Made by a program: the position numbers and the translations under genes. 64,000 nt of DNA from Thiotrichaceae bacterium (GTDB lineage Bacteria; Pseudomonadota; Gammaproteobacteria; Thiotrichales; Thiotrichaceae), in NCBI GenBank assembly GCA_026988095.1, contig JALSLX010000001.1:2480-66479 (forward strand). The letters are read 5' to 3'. This document shows positions 19,741 through 30,280 of this stretch, one piece after another (the stretch's first letter is position 1; each line of letters starts with the position of its first letter). The notes under the pieces were generated by a model, which made no database searches, had not been told where the DNA came from, and saw nothing but the letters and a program-made list of their open reading frames with translations.

Positions 19741-21030
19741 TTATCGATTAATTTTTGCAGAGACCACCTCTAATAATCGTGCAACAACACCTTGATGTTG
19801 TTGCACGGCACTTTTAGCAACTCCCTTAATATCTATTTCTTTTTTTAGTATTGTAGATACTCTCTCTTCAAGTTCATCTATTGAATTACATATCAACAAT
19901 AAACCCGCATCACTTAATTGATCTGAAATATCATCAAAATTATACATATACGGTCCACTTACAACGGGGACACCTTGAGCAATTGGTTCTATTGGATTAT
20001 GCCCTCCTTTCTCTACCAAACTACCGCCCATAAAAACCACATCAGCCGTGGCAAACCAACTCTGCATTTCACCCATACTATCACCCAAGATAATATTTGC
20101 TTTTGAATCTTTATAATCCTTAATTTGACTATGACGCAATACTTTTAGCTCTGTATTTTTCATGCAAAGCCTATAAACATCATCGAATCGCTCTGGATGC
20201 CTTGGCACAAGCACCAACAGCAAACGAGGAAATTGCTTCAATAAATTTTGATAAATATTCAATATTATTTCATCTTCTCCCTCGTGCGTACTGGCTACAA
20301 CCCAGACTCGATCGTTGTGCTTCCAAGTTTTTCGCCACCGCTTTCCCTGTTCTATTTGTTTTTTATTAACAGCAAAATCAAACTTAATATTACCGGCTAT
20401 CAATATTTGAGCATTATTTGCACCAAGTTGTTTAAAACGTTCTGCATCAACCGATGAACGAACGGCTATCAACGTAATATTAGCTAATGTTTCTTTGACT
20501 AGTTTTTGTAGTTTTAGGTATTTTTGAGTAGAGCGCTCAGACAAACGTGCATTCACTAAGATGAGTGGGATATTTTTTCTCGTGTCTGCATTTTGTGCAA
20601 AGAGTGCAAAGAGGTTTGGCCAAATTTCAGTTTCAATCACAATTAACATTACAGGCTTTATTCGTTGAACAAACCGAGCCACGACATCAGGTAAATCATA
20701 AGGAAAATAAACATGAGAAACACGTTCGCCAAATAAAACTTTAACCCTTTCGGAGCCTGTTGGTGTGGTAGTTGTAACCAAAACTCTATGATCTGGATAT
20801 TGCTCAATCAATGACTCAATGAGAGGCTGCGCCGCTATGGTTTCACCAACAGAAACAGCATGTACCCAAATAATAGGCTTATTGCTATTATCATGAACAA
20901 AACCCAGTCTTTCACTAATGCGTTGACGATAAGCAGGGTTAGATCGACTACGCCAGAATAGGCGAAAAATGATAAGTGGAAATATCAAATACAACAACAA
21001 AGAATAAAGCATGCGCCGAAATGACATCAA
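19741..21030 (-). CDS. waaA: 3-deoxy-D-manno-octulosonic acid transferase
   Basis: IWVHAVSVGE, ETEIWPN, GNIKFD, VPRHPERF, GGHNPIEP. Confidence 0.97.
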   Translation of the reverse strand: MMSFRRMLYSLLLYLIFPLIIFRLFWRSRSNPAYRQRISERLGFVHDNSNKPIIWVHAVSVGETIAAQPLIESLIEQYPDHRVLVTTTTPTGSERVKVLFGERVSHVYFPYDLPDVVARFVQRIKPVMLIVIETEIWPNLFALFAQNADTRKNIPLILVNARLSERSTQKYLKLQKLVKETLANITLIAVRSSVDAERFKQLGANNAQILIAGNIKFDFAVNKKQIEQGKRWRKTWKHNDRVWVVASTHEGEDEIILNIYQNLLKQFPRLLLVLVPRHPERFDDVYRLCMKNTELKVLRHSQIKDYKDSKANIILGDSMGEMQSWFATADVVFMGGSLVEKGGHNPIEPIAQGVPVVSGPYMYNFDDISDQLSDAGLLLICNSIDELEERVSTILKKEIDIKGVAKSAVQQHQGVVARLLEVVSAKINR

Positions 21031-21151
21031 TCAGATTTTCCACTAATAAAAATGCAGAATAGCACTAAAACTATTTGTTTCGATAAAATTATGTCAAAAT
21101 CACGGCACTTTTTATATCGCCTAATTTATATCCTAAAACTTGGTAACCAAT

Positions 21152-21649
21152 ATGAATATCACTAAAAACAAAATTGCATCGCTTGCATACACTTTAAAAA
21201 ACGATGATGGAGAAGTACTTGATACTGCGGATGAAAATAATCCATTCCTTTATATGCACGGTGCAGGTGGCATCATTAAAGGCTTAGAAAATGCACTCAA
21301 TGAAAAAACAATCAATGATAGTTTCAGCCTAATTGTTGCACCTGAAGATGCTTATGGTGAGCGTGATGATAAATTAACGGAGTCTGTCGCGCGTGATATG
21401 TTTGAAGGCATACCTGACGAAGAAATGGTTGCTGGCGCACAGTTTCATGCTCAAACAGGTCAAGGCACACAAGTTATCACCATTGCAGAAATAGATGGCG
21501 ATACGGTAAAAATTGATGCTAATCATCCTTTAGCGGGCGAGACCTTACATTTTGATGTTGCGGTACTAGATATTCGTGATGCCACAGAAGAAGAGATTGC
21601 ACACGGCCATCCTCATGCGCCTGGTGGTTGTGGACATGACCATTCTTAA
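21152..21649 (+). CDS. slyD: FKBP-type peptidyl-prolyl isomerase SlyD
   Basis: APEDAYG, DANHPLAGETLHF, His/Cys tail HGHPHAPGGCGHDHS. ATG at 21152. Confidence 0.95.
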   Translation: MNITKNKIASLAYTLKNDDGEVLDTADENNPFLYMHGAGGIIKGLENALNEKTINDSFSLIVAPEDAYGERDDKLTESVARDMFEGIPDEEMVAGAQFHAQTGQGTQVITIAEIDGDTVKIDANHPLAGETLHFDVAVLDIRDATEEEIAHGHPHAPGGCGHDHS

Positions 21650-21695
21650 CAGCGACCTTGACAACAAAAAAATAAATAGCTGTCATTGCTCATGA

Positions 21696-22322
21696 TTAAT
21701 TCTTCAGCTTTTTGACTTTGTTTTGTCGCACAGAAACATCTAAGAAGTCCTCTGCCGAGCTTTTAGCTAGGTGGAGAACCTTTTTATAATGAGCCTTAGC
21801 ACTCACAGCCTGTTCGAAGGCTTTTTCTAGCTCTGAAAAATCAGGCACTTTTTTCATCCCCTGATGATTAATATAGACATATCCCGCCGCCGCACCTGCT
21901 AAAAAACCCACGGGATTTTTTACACCTATTAAAGCTCTTGCTCCTATTCCTGCAGAATAGGCCAACTTACCCCGACGAGATTGCTGGCTAAAATGCCTAC
22001 CATTAATACACCACTCGACTAAATGTTCGCAATTATTATGTAATACGTGATATTGCGCTTCGCCAATGCGTAAGTGCGCACGAATAATGGCTTCGCCGAT
22101 ATTAAACTTTCGCTCGTCATGAGTTTTAACAATAATTTCTTTGCCTTTAGCAAACTCCTCCAGGCTAATTTCTTCAATCACGCCCACACTGGTCAAATCA
22201 TCTGCTAAACCCGAATAGTGAATCACTCGACCATCACCCACACCCAAGCCATGATGCGTATATGAGCCTGCAGCCTTCTTTATAACGAGGTGTTTTCCTT
22301 TGTAATCATTCATAAGTATCAA
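21696..22322 (-). CDS. LRAT/NC-domain protein (permuted NlpC/P60)
   Basis: YTHHGLGVGDGRVIHY His box; YHVLHNNCEH NC motif; C-terminal Gly/Ala hydrophobic segment. Confidence 0.85.
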   Translation of the reverse strand: MILMNDYKGKHLVIKKAAGSYTHHGLGVGDGRVIHYSGLADDLTSVGVIEEISLEEFAKGKEIIVKTHDERKFNIGEAIIRAHLRIGEAQYHVLHNNCEHLVEWCINGRHFSQQSRRGKLAYSAGIGARALIGVKNPVGFLAGAAAGYVYINHQGMKKVPDFSELEKAFEQAVSAKAHYKKVLHLAKSSAEDFLDVSVRQNKVKKLKN

Positions 22323-22361
22323 ACTAGCATAAAAAATACTTAAAAGACCATTACTTGCTAT

Positions 22362-22433
22362 GCCACCCCCCCTCTTTTTCGATGATTTGTATGTGGTTTA
22401 AACTACAAATCATCGAAAAAGAGGGGGGGTGGT
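22362..22433. repeat. Family-1 element, doublet (12-bp spacer)
   Basis: GCCACCCCCCCTCTTTTTCGATGATTTGTA-TGTGGTTTAAAC-TACAAATCATCGAAAAAGAGGGGGGGTGGT. Confidence 0.95.
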
Positions 22434-22455
22434 CTATAAAAAGTATCAAAATTCG

Positions 22456-22743
22456 TTAATTAAACCAAATACCATTGGTAACTTGGCAATCTATAGAGTC
22501 TAAAGCCATGTGAATGACCAATCCTATTCCTATTAAACGTGTTTTGGGGATAAAACTAAGAACAGCATACCCAGCTATCGGAATAAAACCATGAAGTGGA
22601 TGATAGTTAATGCTACAACGCGTGGCATCATAGATTGGATTAGCTAATAGATGGTCAATATCAACCAGCATGGTTAGCATCATTACCGTAAATGCAAATT
22701 TCCAATTTTTACGGAAAAAAATTGCCGTGATAATTGCAGGCAC
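22456..22743 (-). CDS. Small membrane protein, DUF6122-like (start uncertain)
   Basis: TMLVDIDHLLANPIYDATRCSINYHPLH motif; homology appears to extend upstream of the GTG (ILHIFTHFLVP) with no ATG. Confidence 0.65.
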   Translation of the reverse strand: MPAIITAIFFRKNWKFAFTVMMLTMLVDIDHLLANPIYDATRCSINYHPLHGFIPIAGYAVLSFIPKTRLIGIGLVIHMALDSIDCQVTNGIWFN

Positions 22744-22781
22744 AAGAAAATGTGTAAATATATGTAAAATGGCTTTTTGCT

Positions 22782-23333
22782 CTATTGACCAGAAAAGGCT
22801 GATTTTAAATATTGCACCATTGAGACAATGGTTAAAATCGTCGCTATCACCAAGAAAACTAAACCGATTTTACGCAACGGCAAACCGAACAAGTCTTGGT
22901 TGTACAATAAGAATATCAGCGCAAAAATCTGTGTAACCGCTTTAACTTTACCAATATAGGCGACCGCTACCTTACTGCGTTGACCTGTTTCTGCCATCCA
23001 TTCGCGTAGTGCTGAGATGATAATCTCGCGAGAGATTATGATAATCCCTGCTAGGGTAATCCAAAAGGCGATATCCCCTCTTCCTTCACGCTCAACAACT
23101 AAGATGAGCGCAACGGCAACGATGAGTTTATCGGCAACAGGATCAAGAAATGCCCCAAAGCGTGACTCTTGATTATACTTTCGTGCGTAATAGCCATCCG
23201 CCCAGTCTGTAAGCCCTGCTAAACCAAAAATGGTTGAAGTCGTTAACGGCATATCTAAATAAAAAAACAATATCACGAGTGGTATTGCGATTATGCGTAG
23301 GCTTGTTAAAAAAATGGGGATATTAAAGATCAC
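22782..23333 (-). CDS. pgsA: CDP-diacylglycerol--glycerol-3-phosphate 3-phosphatidyltransferase
   Basis: TDWADGYYAR...FGAFLDPVADK; follows uvrC. Confidence 0.95.
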   Translation of the reverse strand: MIFNIPIFLTSLRIIAIPLVILFFYLDMPLTTSTIFGLAGLTDWADGYYARKYNQESRFGAFLDPVADKLIVAVALILVVEREGRGDIAFWITLAGIIIISREIIISALREWMAETGQRSKVAVAYIGKVKAVTQIFALIFLLYNQDLFGLPLRKIGLVFLVIATILTIVSMVQYLKSAFSGQ

Positions 23334-23363
23334 GGTGTGTTAATTCTTATGTTAATCAAGGTT

Positions 23364-25250
23364 CTAATCATTGTGGAATATATCATAGATTTTTATCGCT
23401 AGTGGCTTACTTATGCCGTTTACTTTGCTTAATTCATCAACACTCGCACGTGTGATCGCTCGAATCCCCCCAAATTGCTTTAATAGGCTTTGACGACGCT
23501 TGGGCCCAAGACCTGCAATACCTTCAAGCGGTGAGGTAGTACGTGCTTTTTGACGACGTGCACGATGCCCTGTAATCGCAAAACGATGTGCTTCATCTCT
23601 AATTTGTTGGATTAAATGCAAGGCGCTTGAATGAGCTGGCAGATATATTTTTTCTTTGTATTGTCCGCTACCGGCAGTGCCACCCGTATCACTCAAAATG
23701 GTCAAAGCATCCATATCTTGTCTGCGCCCTTCTCCTTTTGTTACGCCAATAATATCTACGCCACTGATTTGTAAATCTCGTAATACATCAACTGCCTGAG
23801 TGACTTGACCTTTTCCACCATCAATAAAGAGAATATCGGGGAGTTTTGCGTATTCTCCTTCAGATTCATCCGATTTATTAACTGTTTCTTTAGCTCTTTT
23901 AAAGCGACGTTGTAGCACCTGCTTCATGGCCGCGTAGTCATCACCACCAATGATATCGGTGATATTGTAACGACGATATTCTGACTTTATCGCACCCTCT
24001 AAACCAAATACGACGCAGGATGCGACGGTTGCCTCGCCCATAGTATGGCTAATGTCATAACATTCCATACGCGCGGGAATGTAGTCCAAATCTAATTCTG
24101 TCTGTAGTGCTTGTACACGTTTTTGAATACCTGCTTTTGAGGCAAGATGGGTGCTTAAAGCATGTTGTGCATTGCGCGCTGCCATCTCTACCCAGCGCGA
24201 ACGATCACCGCGTAAGCGATATGCGATGCTGACTTTACGTTCTGCTTTTAGCTGCAGCATTTCTTCGAGCGTGTCTTTATCATCTAAGTCATGGCTGATT
24301 AAAATCTCGCTGGGTACTTCACGCGAAAAATAATATTGTGCAATAAAGGCTGAAAGAATTTCTGACTCACTGTTCTCAAAGTGAGGAATTTTAGGAAAGA
24401 AGTTTTTATTGCCGAGATTATTGCCCTTGCGAATGGTTAGCACCTGAACGCTGGCAACATCAGAGGCATATTGCATCGCAATAACATCCACGTCACCATT
24501 CCCCCCGCTAATACTTTGTTGTTGAGATACCTGGCGTAGCTTCTCGATTTGATCACGATAGCCTGCGGCTTTTTCAAACTCTAATGCCTCGGATGATTTA
24601 TCCATCTGCTGGACTAATTCATCAATCACCAATTGGCTTTTACCTTGCAAAAACTGCGCCGTATGGCGTATGCCCGTTTTGTAGTCTTGCTCGCTAATTT
24701 CATTCGTGCAAGGCGCCGTGCAACGCTCAATTTGATACTGCAAACACGGGCGTGAGCGATTACTAAAATAACTGTCTTCGCATTGACGCACTAAAAATAG
24801 TTTTTGTAACAAACCCAAGGTTTCACGCACTGCGCCCGCACTGGGGTAAGGTCCAAAATATTGCCCCTGACCTTTTCGCCCACCACGATGAAACGTAAGA
24901 CGCGGAAATTTGTGTTTGGATAAATAAATATAAGGGTAGCTTTTATCATCGCGCAACAAAATATTGTAACGCGGGCGATGTTTTTTGATTAGATTGCTTT
25001 CAAGCAACAGCGCTTCGGCTTCGGTGCTGGTAATGGTGATTTGCACATCACAAATCTGTTTTACCATTGAATAAATACGAGAATTTACAAGATTGCTACG
25101 AAAATAACTGGAGACACGATTCTTTAAGTCTTTAGCTTTACCGACGTAGAGGATTTTATCCTCCGCCGAAATCATGCGATAAACACCAGGCTTATGCGGG
25201 ACGGTTTTTAGAAAGGTTTTACTGTCAAATCTGGAAGGGTTATCAGGCAT
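23364..25250 (-). CDS. uvrC: Excinuclease ABC subunit C
   Basis: PGVYRM, LYVGKAKDLKNRV, ECYDISH, IDGGKGQ, RDEAHRFAI, HhH tail. Confidence 0.98.
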   Translation of the reverse strand: MPDNPSRFDSKTFLKTVPHKPGVYRMISAEDKILYVGKAKDLKNRVSSYFRSNLVNSRIYSMVKQICDVQITITSTEAEALLLESNLIKKHRPRYNILLRDDKSYPYIYLSKHKFPRLTFHRGGRKGQGQYFGPYPSAGAVRETLGLLQKLFLVRQCEDSYFSNRSRPCLQYQIERCTAPCTNEISEQDYKTGIRHTAQFLQGKSQLVIDELVQQMDKSSEALEFEKAAGYRDQIEKLRQVSQQQSISGGNGDVDVIAMQYASDVASVQVLTIRKGNNLGNKNFFPKIPHFENSESEILSAFIAQYYFSREVPSEILISHDLDDKDTLEEMLQLKAERKVSIAYRLRGDRSRWVEMAARNAQHALSTHLASKAGIQKRVQALQTELDLDYIPARMECYDISHTMGEATVASCVVFGLEGAIKSEYRRYNITDIIGGDDYAAMKQVLQRRFKRAKETVNKSDESEGEYAKLPDILFIDGGKGQVTQAVDVLRDLQISGVDIIGVTKGEGRRQDMDALTILSDTGGTAGSGQYKEKIYLPAHSSALHLIQQIRDEAHRFAITGHRARRQKARTTSPLEGIAGLGPKRRQSLLKQFGGIRAITRASVDELSKVNGISKPLAIKIYDIFHND

Positions 25251-25278
25251 TTCGAGCGCCTGAAATGGGTCTTATTCG

Positions 25279-25308
25279 TACAAAACGTCGAAAAACAGGG
25301 GGGGTGGT
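25279..25308 (-). repeat. Family-1 solo arm upstream of uvrC
   Basis: TACAAAACGTCGAAAAACAGGGGGGGTGGT; no partner arm nearby. Confidence 0.9.
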
Positions 25309-25402
25309 CTTTAATACAATATTCTTCCACTGAATTACACAGATCAAAAAAATAATTTTATGCATATTTCACACTGGAATAAACATTTTATTTACTAACC
25401 TC

Positions 25403-25484
25403 CGTCATTCTGGTGCAGACCAGAATCCATGTTTTAAATGGCACTATGTCCCAACCATGGATACCGGCCTTCGCCGGTATGACG
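25403..25484. repeat. Family-2 REP-like doublet (GTCATTC...GAATCCAT / ATGGAT...ATGAC type)
   Basis: CGTCATTCTGGTGCAGACCAGAATCCAT-spacer-ATGGATACCGGCCTTCGCCGGTATGACG; each unit is a hairpin. Confidence 0.85.
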
Positions 25485-25516
25485 ACGAGTAAGGCTAGAG
25501 GCCAAGACGGAGAAAA

Positions 25517-26482
25517 CTAAAATTTAATCAGCGCAGATCCCCACGTAAATCCGCCACCAAAGGCTTCTAGCAAAATAGTTTCACCACGTTTGATGCGCCC
25601 ATCACGCACTGCCGTATCCAATGCTAATGGTACAGAAGCCGCTGATGTGTTTCCGTGTTCATTTACCGTTACAACCACGTGATCCATATCCATTTTTAGC
25701 TTTTTTGCAGTCGCCTTAATAATACGAATATTCGCTTGATGTGGGATTAGCCAATCCACATCAGACTTTTTAAGATTATTATGCTCTAAGGTTTCATCAA
25801 CGATTCTACCCAGTGTATTCACCGCCATACGGAAGACTTCATTGCCTTTCATTTGCACATAAGCTCCACCAGAATCTAGCAATGCTTTATTTCGTGATAA
25901 ACCACCAGCTGTATTAAGCAAGCTTTCATACTGACCGTCGGCGTGTAAATGCGTAGACATAATGCCTTCTTCTTCACTTGCCTCAAGCACGACTGCGCCA
26001 GCACCATCTGCAAATAAAATACAGGTACCACGGTCTGTCCAATCTAAAATATTTGAGAGTGTTTCAGCGCCAACCACTAATGCGCGTTTGTGTGAGCCAC
26101 TTTTAATAAATTTATCGGCTATACCTAGCGCATAAATAAAGCCTGTACAAACGGCCTGAACATCAAATGCCGCACCACCTGCGATACCTAACTTTTTCTG
26201 CAGTAAACACGCTGTACTAGGGAAAATCAGATCTGGGGTTGTGGTTGCAAAAATTACAAGATCAATATCATCAGCAGAAACACCGGCCATTTCCATCGCA
26301 CGCTTTGCAGCTATCTCTCCAAGGTCACAGGTACTTTGACCTTCGGCGGCAATATGACGCTTTTCAATGCCTGTACGTTCAACTATCCATTCGTGAGAGG
26401 TATCCACCATCTTTTCAAGATCATGATTAGTGAGTACTTTTTCAGGTAAGTAACTACCTGTTCCTGCTATTCGTGAATACAT
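25517..26482 (-). CDS. fabH: 3-oxoacyl-ACP synthase III
   Basis: [35 protein letters not shown]. Confidence 0.98.
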   Translation of the reverse strand: MYSRIAGTGSYLPEKVLTNHDLEKMVDTSHEWIVERTGIEKRHIAAEGQSTCDLGEIAAKRAMEMAGVSADDIDLVIFATTTPDLIFPSTACLLQKKLGIAGGAAFDVQAVCTGFIYALGIADKFIKSGSHKRALVVGAETLSNILDWTDRGTCILFADGAGAVVLEASEEEGIMSTHLHADGQYESLLNTAGGLSRNKALLDSGGAYVQMKGNEVFRMAVNTLGRIVDETLEHNNLKKSDVDWLIPHQANIRIIKATAKKLKMDMDHVVVTVNEHGNTSAASVPLALDTAVRDGRIKRGETILLEAFGGGFTWGSALIKF

Positions 26483-26492
26483 TCTATTGTCC

Positions 26493-27509
26493 TTAATCTA
26501 CAAGGTGTTCTTGCAAGTGTTGTTCAATACGTTCTGGTACTTTTTCCATCACAGCTTTGCGCGCAATACCAATAGCATTTGCAAATGATAGGCTATCAGC
26601 ACCACCATGGCTCTTAATAACAATTTCTTTTAAGCCCAAAAAACTCGCTCCGTTATAACGGCGAGGATCAAAGCGTTTGCGAAAACCATTTAAAATGGGT
26701 AATGAAATTAAAGCGGCAATTTTAGTAAAAATGTTTTTGGTATAACCACTTTTAAGCTCATTCGAGAGCATTTTAGCCAGCCCTTCAGATGTTTTTAAGG
26801 CAACGTTACCGACAAAACCATCACAAACGATGACATCTACGTCACCGTGGAAAATATCATCGCCTTCAACAAAGCCGATGTAATTAAAGCCACCTTTTTG
26901 AAGCAACTCGTGCGCGGCTTTTACTTGTTCATTACCCTTTAAGTCTTCTTGACCAATATTTAACAAACCAATTTTAGGATTCTCTTTTCCATCAATCGCT
27001 TTTACCAGCTCAGAGCCCATTACGGCAAACTGATAAAGATGTTCGGCTGATGAATCAATATTAGCGCCAAGGTCTAGCATATAGGTATGACCCGTAGCGG
27101 CAGGAATTGCCGTACAGATTGCAGGGCGATCAATACCAGAAAGTGTTTTAAAGACAAAACGCCCTGTTGCCATTAAAGCGCCTGTATTACCAGCACTCAC
27201 AATAGCATCGGCATCACCTGACTTAACAAGGTTAATGGCGACACGCATCGATGAGTCTTTCTTACCCCGCAGAGCCATCGCGGGCTTTTCATCCATAGTG
27301 ACGACCTGGGTAGAATGTTGGATGCTTAATCGCTGATTGGGCGCTTCATCTAAGCTTTTGAGTTCTGCCAGTAATTGAGGCTCATCGCCCACTAAAATCA
27401 AAGCAATATCATCATGCTCTTTTAGTGCTGTTAATGCCGCGGGGACAACCGCTTGAAGACCATTGTCACCGCTCATGGCATCTATTGCTATACGATAGTA
27501 TGAATCCAT
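26493..27509 (-). CDS. plsX: Phosphate acyltransferase PlsX
   Basis: [25 protein letters not shown]. Confidence 0.97.
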   Translation of the reverse strand: MDSYYRIAIDAMSGDNGLQAVVPAALTALKEHDDIALILVGDEPQLLAELKSLDEAPNQRLSIQHSTQVVTMDEKPAMALRGKKDSSMRVAINLVKSGDADAIVSAGNTGALMATGRFVFKTLSGIDRPAICTAIPAATGHTYMLDLGANIDSSAEHLYQFAVMGSELVKAIDGKENPKIGLLNIGQEDLKGNEQVKAAHELLQKGGFNYIGFVEGDDIFHGDVDVIVCDGFVGNVALKTSEGLAKMLSNELKSGYTKNIFTKIAALISLPILNGFRKRFDPRRYNGASFLGLKEIVIKSHGGADSLSFANAIGIARKAVMEKVPERIEQHLQEHLVD

Positions 27510-27551
27510 TTCTACTCAATCAAATATTATATGCTGTTATTTTACACGAAA

Positions 27552-27576
27552 AAATCGCGGGACATGCCCGCGATTT
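27552..27576 (-). terminator. Terminator after rpmF
   Basis: AAATCGCGGG-ACATG-CCCGCGATTT with T tract on the minus strand. Confidence 0.7.
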
Positions 27577-27634
27577 AATATTTCTTAATAGTATTAATTA
27601 ATAAGCTAACGCTTATTTAAATATTAACTATTTT

Positions 27635-27838
27635 CTACTCGTCGTCATCTTCGTCATCAAGCTCTACAGGAGACGCTATGATTTGACGACCACGGTAAAA
27701 TCCATCCGGTGTCATGTGATGACGTAAATGTGTCTCACCTGATACTGGATCAATTGATAATGTAGGATTCTTCAAAGAATCGTGTGAACGACGTTGACCG
27801 CGACGTGAACGTGTTACTTTACTTTTTTGTACTGCCAT
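27635..27838 (-). CDS. rpmF: 50S ribosomal protein L32 (Cys-free form, acidic tail)
   Basis: [19 protein letters not shown]...HLRHH...GFYRGR. Confidence 0.97.
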   Translation of the reverse strand: MAVQKSKVTRSRRGQRRSHDSLKNPTLSIDPVSGETHLRHHMTPDGFYRGRQIIASPVELDDEDDDE

Positions 27839-27895
27839 GGGTTACTCCATTAGAGTTTCAAAATCTCACGATTTCATACTCATCTTTAATTTAAA

Positions 27896-28450
27896 TTAAT
27901 TCAGTTTTAAGTCTTTCAAGGCAGCAAAAGGATTTTCATCCTCTAATGCTGTCTCGTCAATTTCATTTTCTGGCAAGGCCTCTATCAACTTTCGTGCGGC
28001 ATCACATTTTTCGTGTGCAATCACTAGCGGCAATGCTAACAAGATTTCATCTTCAATAAAATCTCGCAAAAACATTTGTTGCTCTTCAACCAACCACGTA
28101 TCAAAGCCTTCTTGAAGTTTTTCTGCTTGAGCATCGCTACTCACCAAAACTACCTCTAATTCTGTTTCAAAAAGCTCTTCCGTGCCTTTTAAACAACGCT
28201 GGCAAGTCATTTGTAATACTGAACTTATCGTGCCTCTTACAACCGGCAAACGTGTATCTGTTCGAGTAAATTCAAGATGAACATTAACGATGTTTTTATC
28301 AACATCATCAGCACCACCTTCAAACAGCTGTTCTTTCAATCGAGGAAAATCATTTAACGGGATTCTCCCATCAAAAATACGACCCTGATCTACCAAACGA
28401 AATGGATCAACTTCAACAGGTAAACGCTGAATATTACTCTTCTTCGACAT
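27896..28450 (-). CDS. yceD: YceD/DUF177 23S rRNA accumulation protein
   Basis: CQRCL, EDEILLALP, ENPFAALKDLK; upstream of rpmF. Confidence 0.93.
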   Translation of the reverse strand: MSKKSNIQRLPVEVDPFRLVDQGRIFDGRIPLNDFPRLKEQLFEGGADDVDKNIVNVHLEFTRTDTRLPVVRGTISSVLQMTCQRCLKGTEELFETELEVVLVSSDAQAEKLQEGFDTWLVEEQQMFLRDFIEDEILLALPLVIAHEKCDAARKLIEALPENEIDETALEDENPFAALKDLKLN

Positions 28451-28591
28451 TACAATTTACATAGCGTAATTTTAAGAGCGGAATTATATTGCCCCAACCC
28501 CCATCCTGTAAAGGTTTATTATTGCTTTTCATAAGTTTTTTATTAACAATACCTCCAATTTTACCTAACTCACAGCCTTACAATAATTATT

Positions 28592-29185
28592 ATGCAGAAA
28601 ACCATGCAAAAGACTTTAGTCCTCGGCTCCACTTCTCCTTTTCGTAAAGAGCTTTTAGAGCGCTTTAGATTAGACTTTATTGTGGACTCCCCTGACATTG
28701 ATGAAACCCCTTTAGCTAACGAAATACCTGAAGATTACGTGTTACGTTTATCCTTAGAAAAAGCCAAAGCAGTGGCCAAAAGACAGCCTGACTCCCTTAT
28801 AATCGCATCTGATCAGTGCTCTATTCTCAATGGAGTTATTAGAGGAAAACCAGAAAATCATGAAAATGCCATCAAGCAGCTCACTGAAAGCTCTGGGCAA
28901 TGCGTGAGTTTTTTAACAGGGCTTTGTTTATTTGATAGTAGCGATGATAGCTATCAATTAGACCTGATCCCCTATTTTGTCGATTTTCGGGATTTAAGTG
29001 CTACTGAAATTGAAGCGTATCTACACGCTGAAGAACCTTACTTTTGCGCGGGAAGCTTTAAATCAGAAGGCTTAGGCGTGACATTATTTAAAAGTATGCG
29101 AGGAGATGACCCAACTTCATTGATTGGTTTGCCACTTATACGTTTAGCCGAAATGTTACGAGAAAAAAAGATTTCATTACCTTAG
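28592..29185 (+). CDS. maf: Maf family nucleotide pyrophosphatase (YceF-like)
   Basis: LVLGSTSPFRKELL, DIDETP, SDQ, GLP; divergent from yceD. Confidence 0.93.
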   Translation: MQKTMQKTLVLGSTSPFRKELLERFRLDFIVDSPDIDETPLANEIPEDYVLRLSLEKAKAVAKRQPDSLIIASDQCSILNGVIRGKPENHENAIKQLTESSGQCVSFLTGLCLFDSSDDSYQLDLIPYFVDFRDLSATEIEAYLHAEEPYFCAGSFKSEGLGVTLFKSMRGDDPTSLIGLPLIRLAEMLREKKISLP

Positions 29186-29292
29186 TAGACCTAAATTAAG
29201 CTAAATTCAGGATTAACAATTATCAAAGACACTCCCGTAAAAAAACCTTATAGTGCGCTTCACTTTTTATATTAAACACATTGGAATCAAAT

Positions 29293-29685
29293 ATGTCATA
29301 CACACTAACAACCAGCCTTAAACAACCTATCGACGCAGCAATCGAAACACTCAAAAGCACATTAATGACTCACAAGCTCGGCATCGTCAGCGAGGTAAAT
29401 GTACAAGCGACCATTAAAAACAAGCTAAACGAAGAGATTCCGCCTTACAGAATCTTAGGTGCCTGCAACCCAGGTATGGCAAAAAAGATTATTGAAGCAG
29501 CGCCAGAAGCAGGTGCATTATTGCCTTGTACAATTGTTGCTCGTGAAGAAGATGGAAATACGATTTTTCACTTTATGGCACCAGAGCCCGTATTAGGCTT
29601 AGAAGACAATACTGTAGTTCAAGAAGTTGCAAAACTAGCTACTGAGCACCTCAAAGCGGCTATCACTGATTTAGAAAATATCTAA
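29293..29685 (+). CDS. DUF302 domain protein
   Basis: YRILGACNP...GALLPCTIV motif. ATG at 29293. Confidence 0.85.
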   Translation: MSYTLTTSLKQPIDAAIETLKSTLMTHKLGIVSEVNVQATIKNKLNEEIPPYRILGACNPGMAKKIIEAAPEAGALLPCTIVAREEDGNTIFHFMAPEPVLGLEDNTVVQEVAKLATEHLKAAITDLENI

Positions 29686-29690
29686 TAAAT

Positions 29691-30134
29691 CTATACAGCC
29701 TGTAACAACCTATCCAGATGATTGGCAAAGTTTTGCCGATCTTTCTGGTTTAGGGGCGGTGGTCCTCCTGTACCTATTCCGCTTGATCGCACCTCTTCCA
29801 TAAAATCGCGCATTCTTAAGCGCTCTTTTATATTTTCTGGCGTGTACATTTCACCACGCGGATTCAGCGCCAATGCGCCCTCGGCAATCACCTCAGATGC
29901 CAAAGGAATATCTCCTGTAATAACTAAATCACCTTTCTCAACACGCTTTACAATTTCATTATCTGCCACATCAAAACCTGCTGGCACTTGCATAAAGCTA
30001 ATAAACTTTGATGCTGGTATTCGTATTTGATGATTAGCAACCAAAGTCACTTGTATTTGTTTACGTGTCGCCGCCCTAAAGAGGATCTCTTTAATGACAA
30101 CAGGACAAGCATCAGCATCTACCCAAATTTTCAT
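29691..30134 (-). CDS. yaiI: YaiI/YqxD (UPF0178) family protein
   Basis: [33 protein letters not shown]. Confidence 0.93.
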   Translation of the reverse strand: MKIWVDADACPVVIKEILFRAATRKQIQVTLVANHQIRIPASKFISFMQVPAGFDVADNEIVKRVEKGDLVITGDIPLASEVIAEGALALNPRGEMYTPENIKERLRMRDFMEEVRSSGIGTGGPPPLNQKDRQNFANHLDRLLQAV

Positions 30135-30186
30135 AGTATTCTTCTAGAATTAATCAATATTTAACCCCTATACTATATTAAATAAG

Positions 30187-30216
30187 CCCACCCCCCCTCT
30201 TTTTCGCTGTTTTGTA
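30187..30216 (+). repeat. Family-1 solo arm upstream of rhlE
   Basis: CCCACCCCCCCTCTTTTTCGCTGTTTTGTA. Confidence 0.88.
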
Positions 30217-30280
30217 TTAGCACTAAGCCCTTATATCCTGTAATCTCGCGCGAATTATCAGCATATGAAGATTGAACACT

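Noticed and set aside
22744-22781. tRNA cluster expected downstream of pgsA
   Set aside because: No cloverleaf, T-loop (GTTCRA) or CCA pattern is visible there or elsewhere in the window.
25310-25400. LexA/SOS box upstream of uvrC
   Set aside because: The closest CTG...CAG has the wrong spacing for CTGT-N8-ACAG.
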